DNA from: Chiloscyllium plagiosum
Lineage: Eukaryota
Direction of reading: 5' to 3'
Length of the DNA stretch: 20,000 nucleotides
Assembly (NCBI RefSeq): GCF_004010195.1
Contig: NC_057754.1
Span: 1,437,573-1,457,572, forward strand
The notes beneath the pieces are model-generated. The model was not told the origin of the DNA. It saw nothing but the letters and a program-made list of their open reading frames with translations, and ran no database searches. Both the position numbers and the translations under genes were made by a program. How positions within the stretch are numbered: position 1 is the stretch's first letter; each line of letters begins with the position of its first letter. Shown piece after piece: positions 19,460 to 20,000 of the stretch.

Positions 19460-19710
19460 AATGTTTCCAGCATGGCAGGAGGGTGAGTCACTAGAGGGAC
19501 AGAATTGGGCAAAAAAATCCAAGAGGGGAGAGGAGGAGAATGATTGATTTGAGGCAGTGATTTGTTGTGACCTGGGACAGCTACCTGAAAGGGAGGGGAG
19601 GGGTGTAGCAGATTCAACCGAAACTTTCAAAACTGGGTAAATGCTTGAAAAAGAGCTGCCAATTTCCTTGATCAGCTCAATGGCCTGATCCTGTATCACA
19701 TGATGTTTCA
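19460..19710 (+). mobile_element. Degenerate CR1 3' fragment
   Basis: GTCACTAGAGGGACAGAATT..GGGACAGCTACCTGAAAGG..GCAGATTCAACCGAAACTTTCAAAA..AATGGCCTGATCCTGTATC. Confidence 0.55.
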
Positions 19711-19887
19711 TGTGTTTAACTTCTGGGTTTTATTTTTAAAACGTTGGTATCAATCTGACAGTTACAACATGACATAATCGTCCTTTCTCCTTCCCATTCA
19801 TCGGAAGTGTCTCATTTCAGTGAGTTAACCATTCAACTAAATATCCTGAGTGAAATAATACTCTCATCAACATTCAATGGCCCAGTT

Positions 19888-20000
19888 TACAGACACACAC
19901 ACAGACACACACACAGACACACAGGCGATGTAGGGGCTGGAGGGGGTGTGACAGAGATAGGGAGGGGGTGTAGGGGCTGGAGGGGGGTGTGACAAAGAAA
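19888..20000 (-). repeat. (ACAGACACACAC)n simple repeat followed by the start of a 38-39-bp minisatellite (reverse of 3615-4508)
   Basis: TGTAGGGGCTGGAGGGGGTGTGACAGAGATAGGGAGGGGG units from about 19928 to the window end. Confidence 0.85.

Overview
Repeat-dense vertebrate DNA, almost certainly from an elasmobranch (shark), judged by tRNA-derived V-SINEs of the HE1 type and their partner CR1-clade HER1-like LINE fragments. The only supported host coding sequence is the first coding exon of kindlin-3 (FERMT3) on the minus strand (exon 10632-10809, ATG at 10797). A candidate CpG-rich TATA/PU.1 promoter and non-coding first exon lie at about 16190-16600. Everything else is intron or upstream DNA: at least four SINE families, two LINE families, a Penelope-like inverted repeat with broken hammerhead-ribozyme motifs, two minisatellite families (each present twice, in opposite orientations) and two assembly gaps (3709-4459, 13394-13741). 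I found no new protein-coding system. The most notable signals are a 2.5-kb 32-bp minisatellite that appears to have grown inside a DeuSINE, HE1 SINEs with internal 53-bp CCAAT-bearing arrays just upstream of the putative promoter, the split hammerhead, and an out-of-frame uATG overlapping the FERMT3 start. Repeat family names come from recalled consensus motifs, not a database search, and repeat boundaries are approximate.
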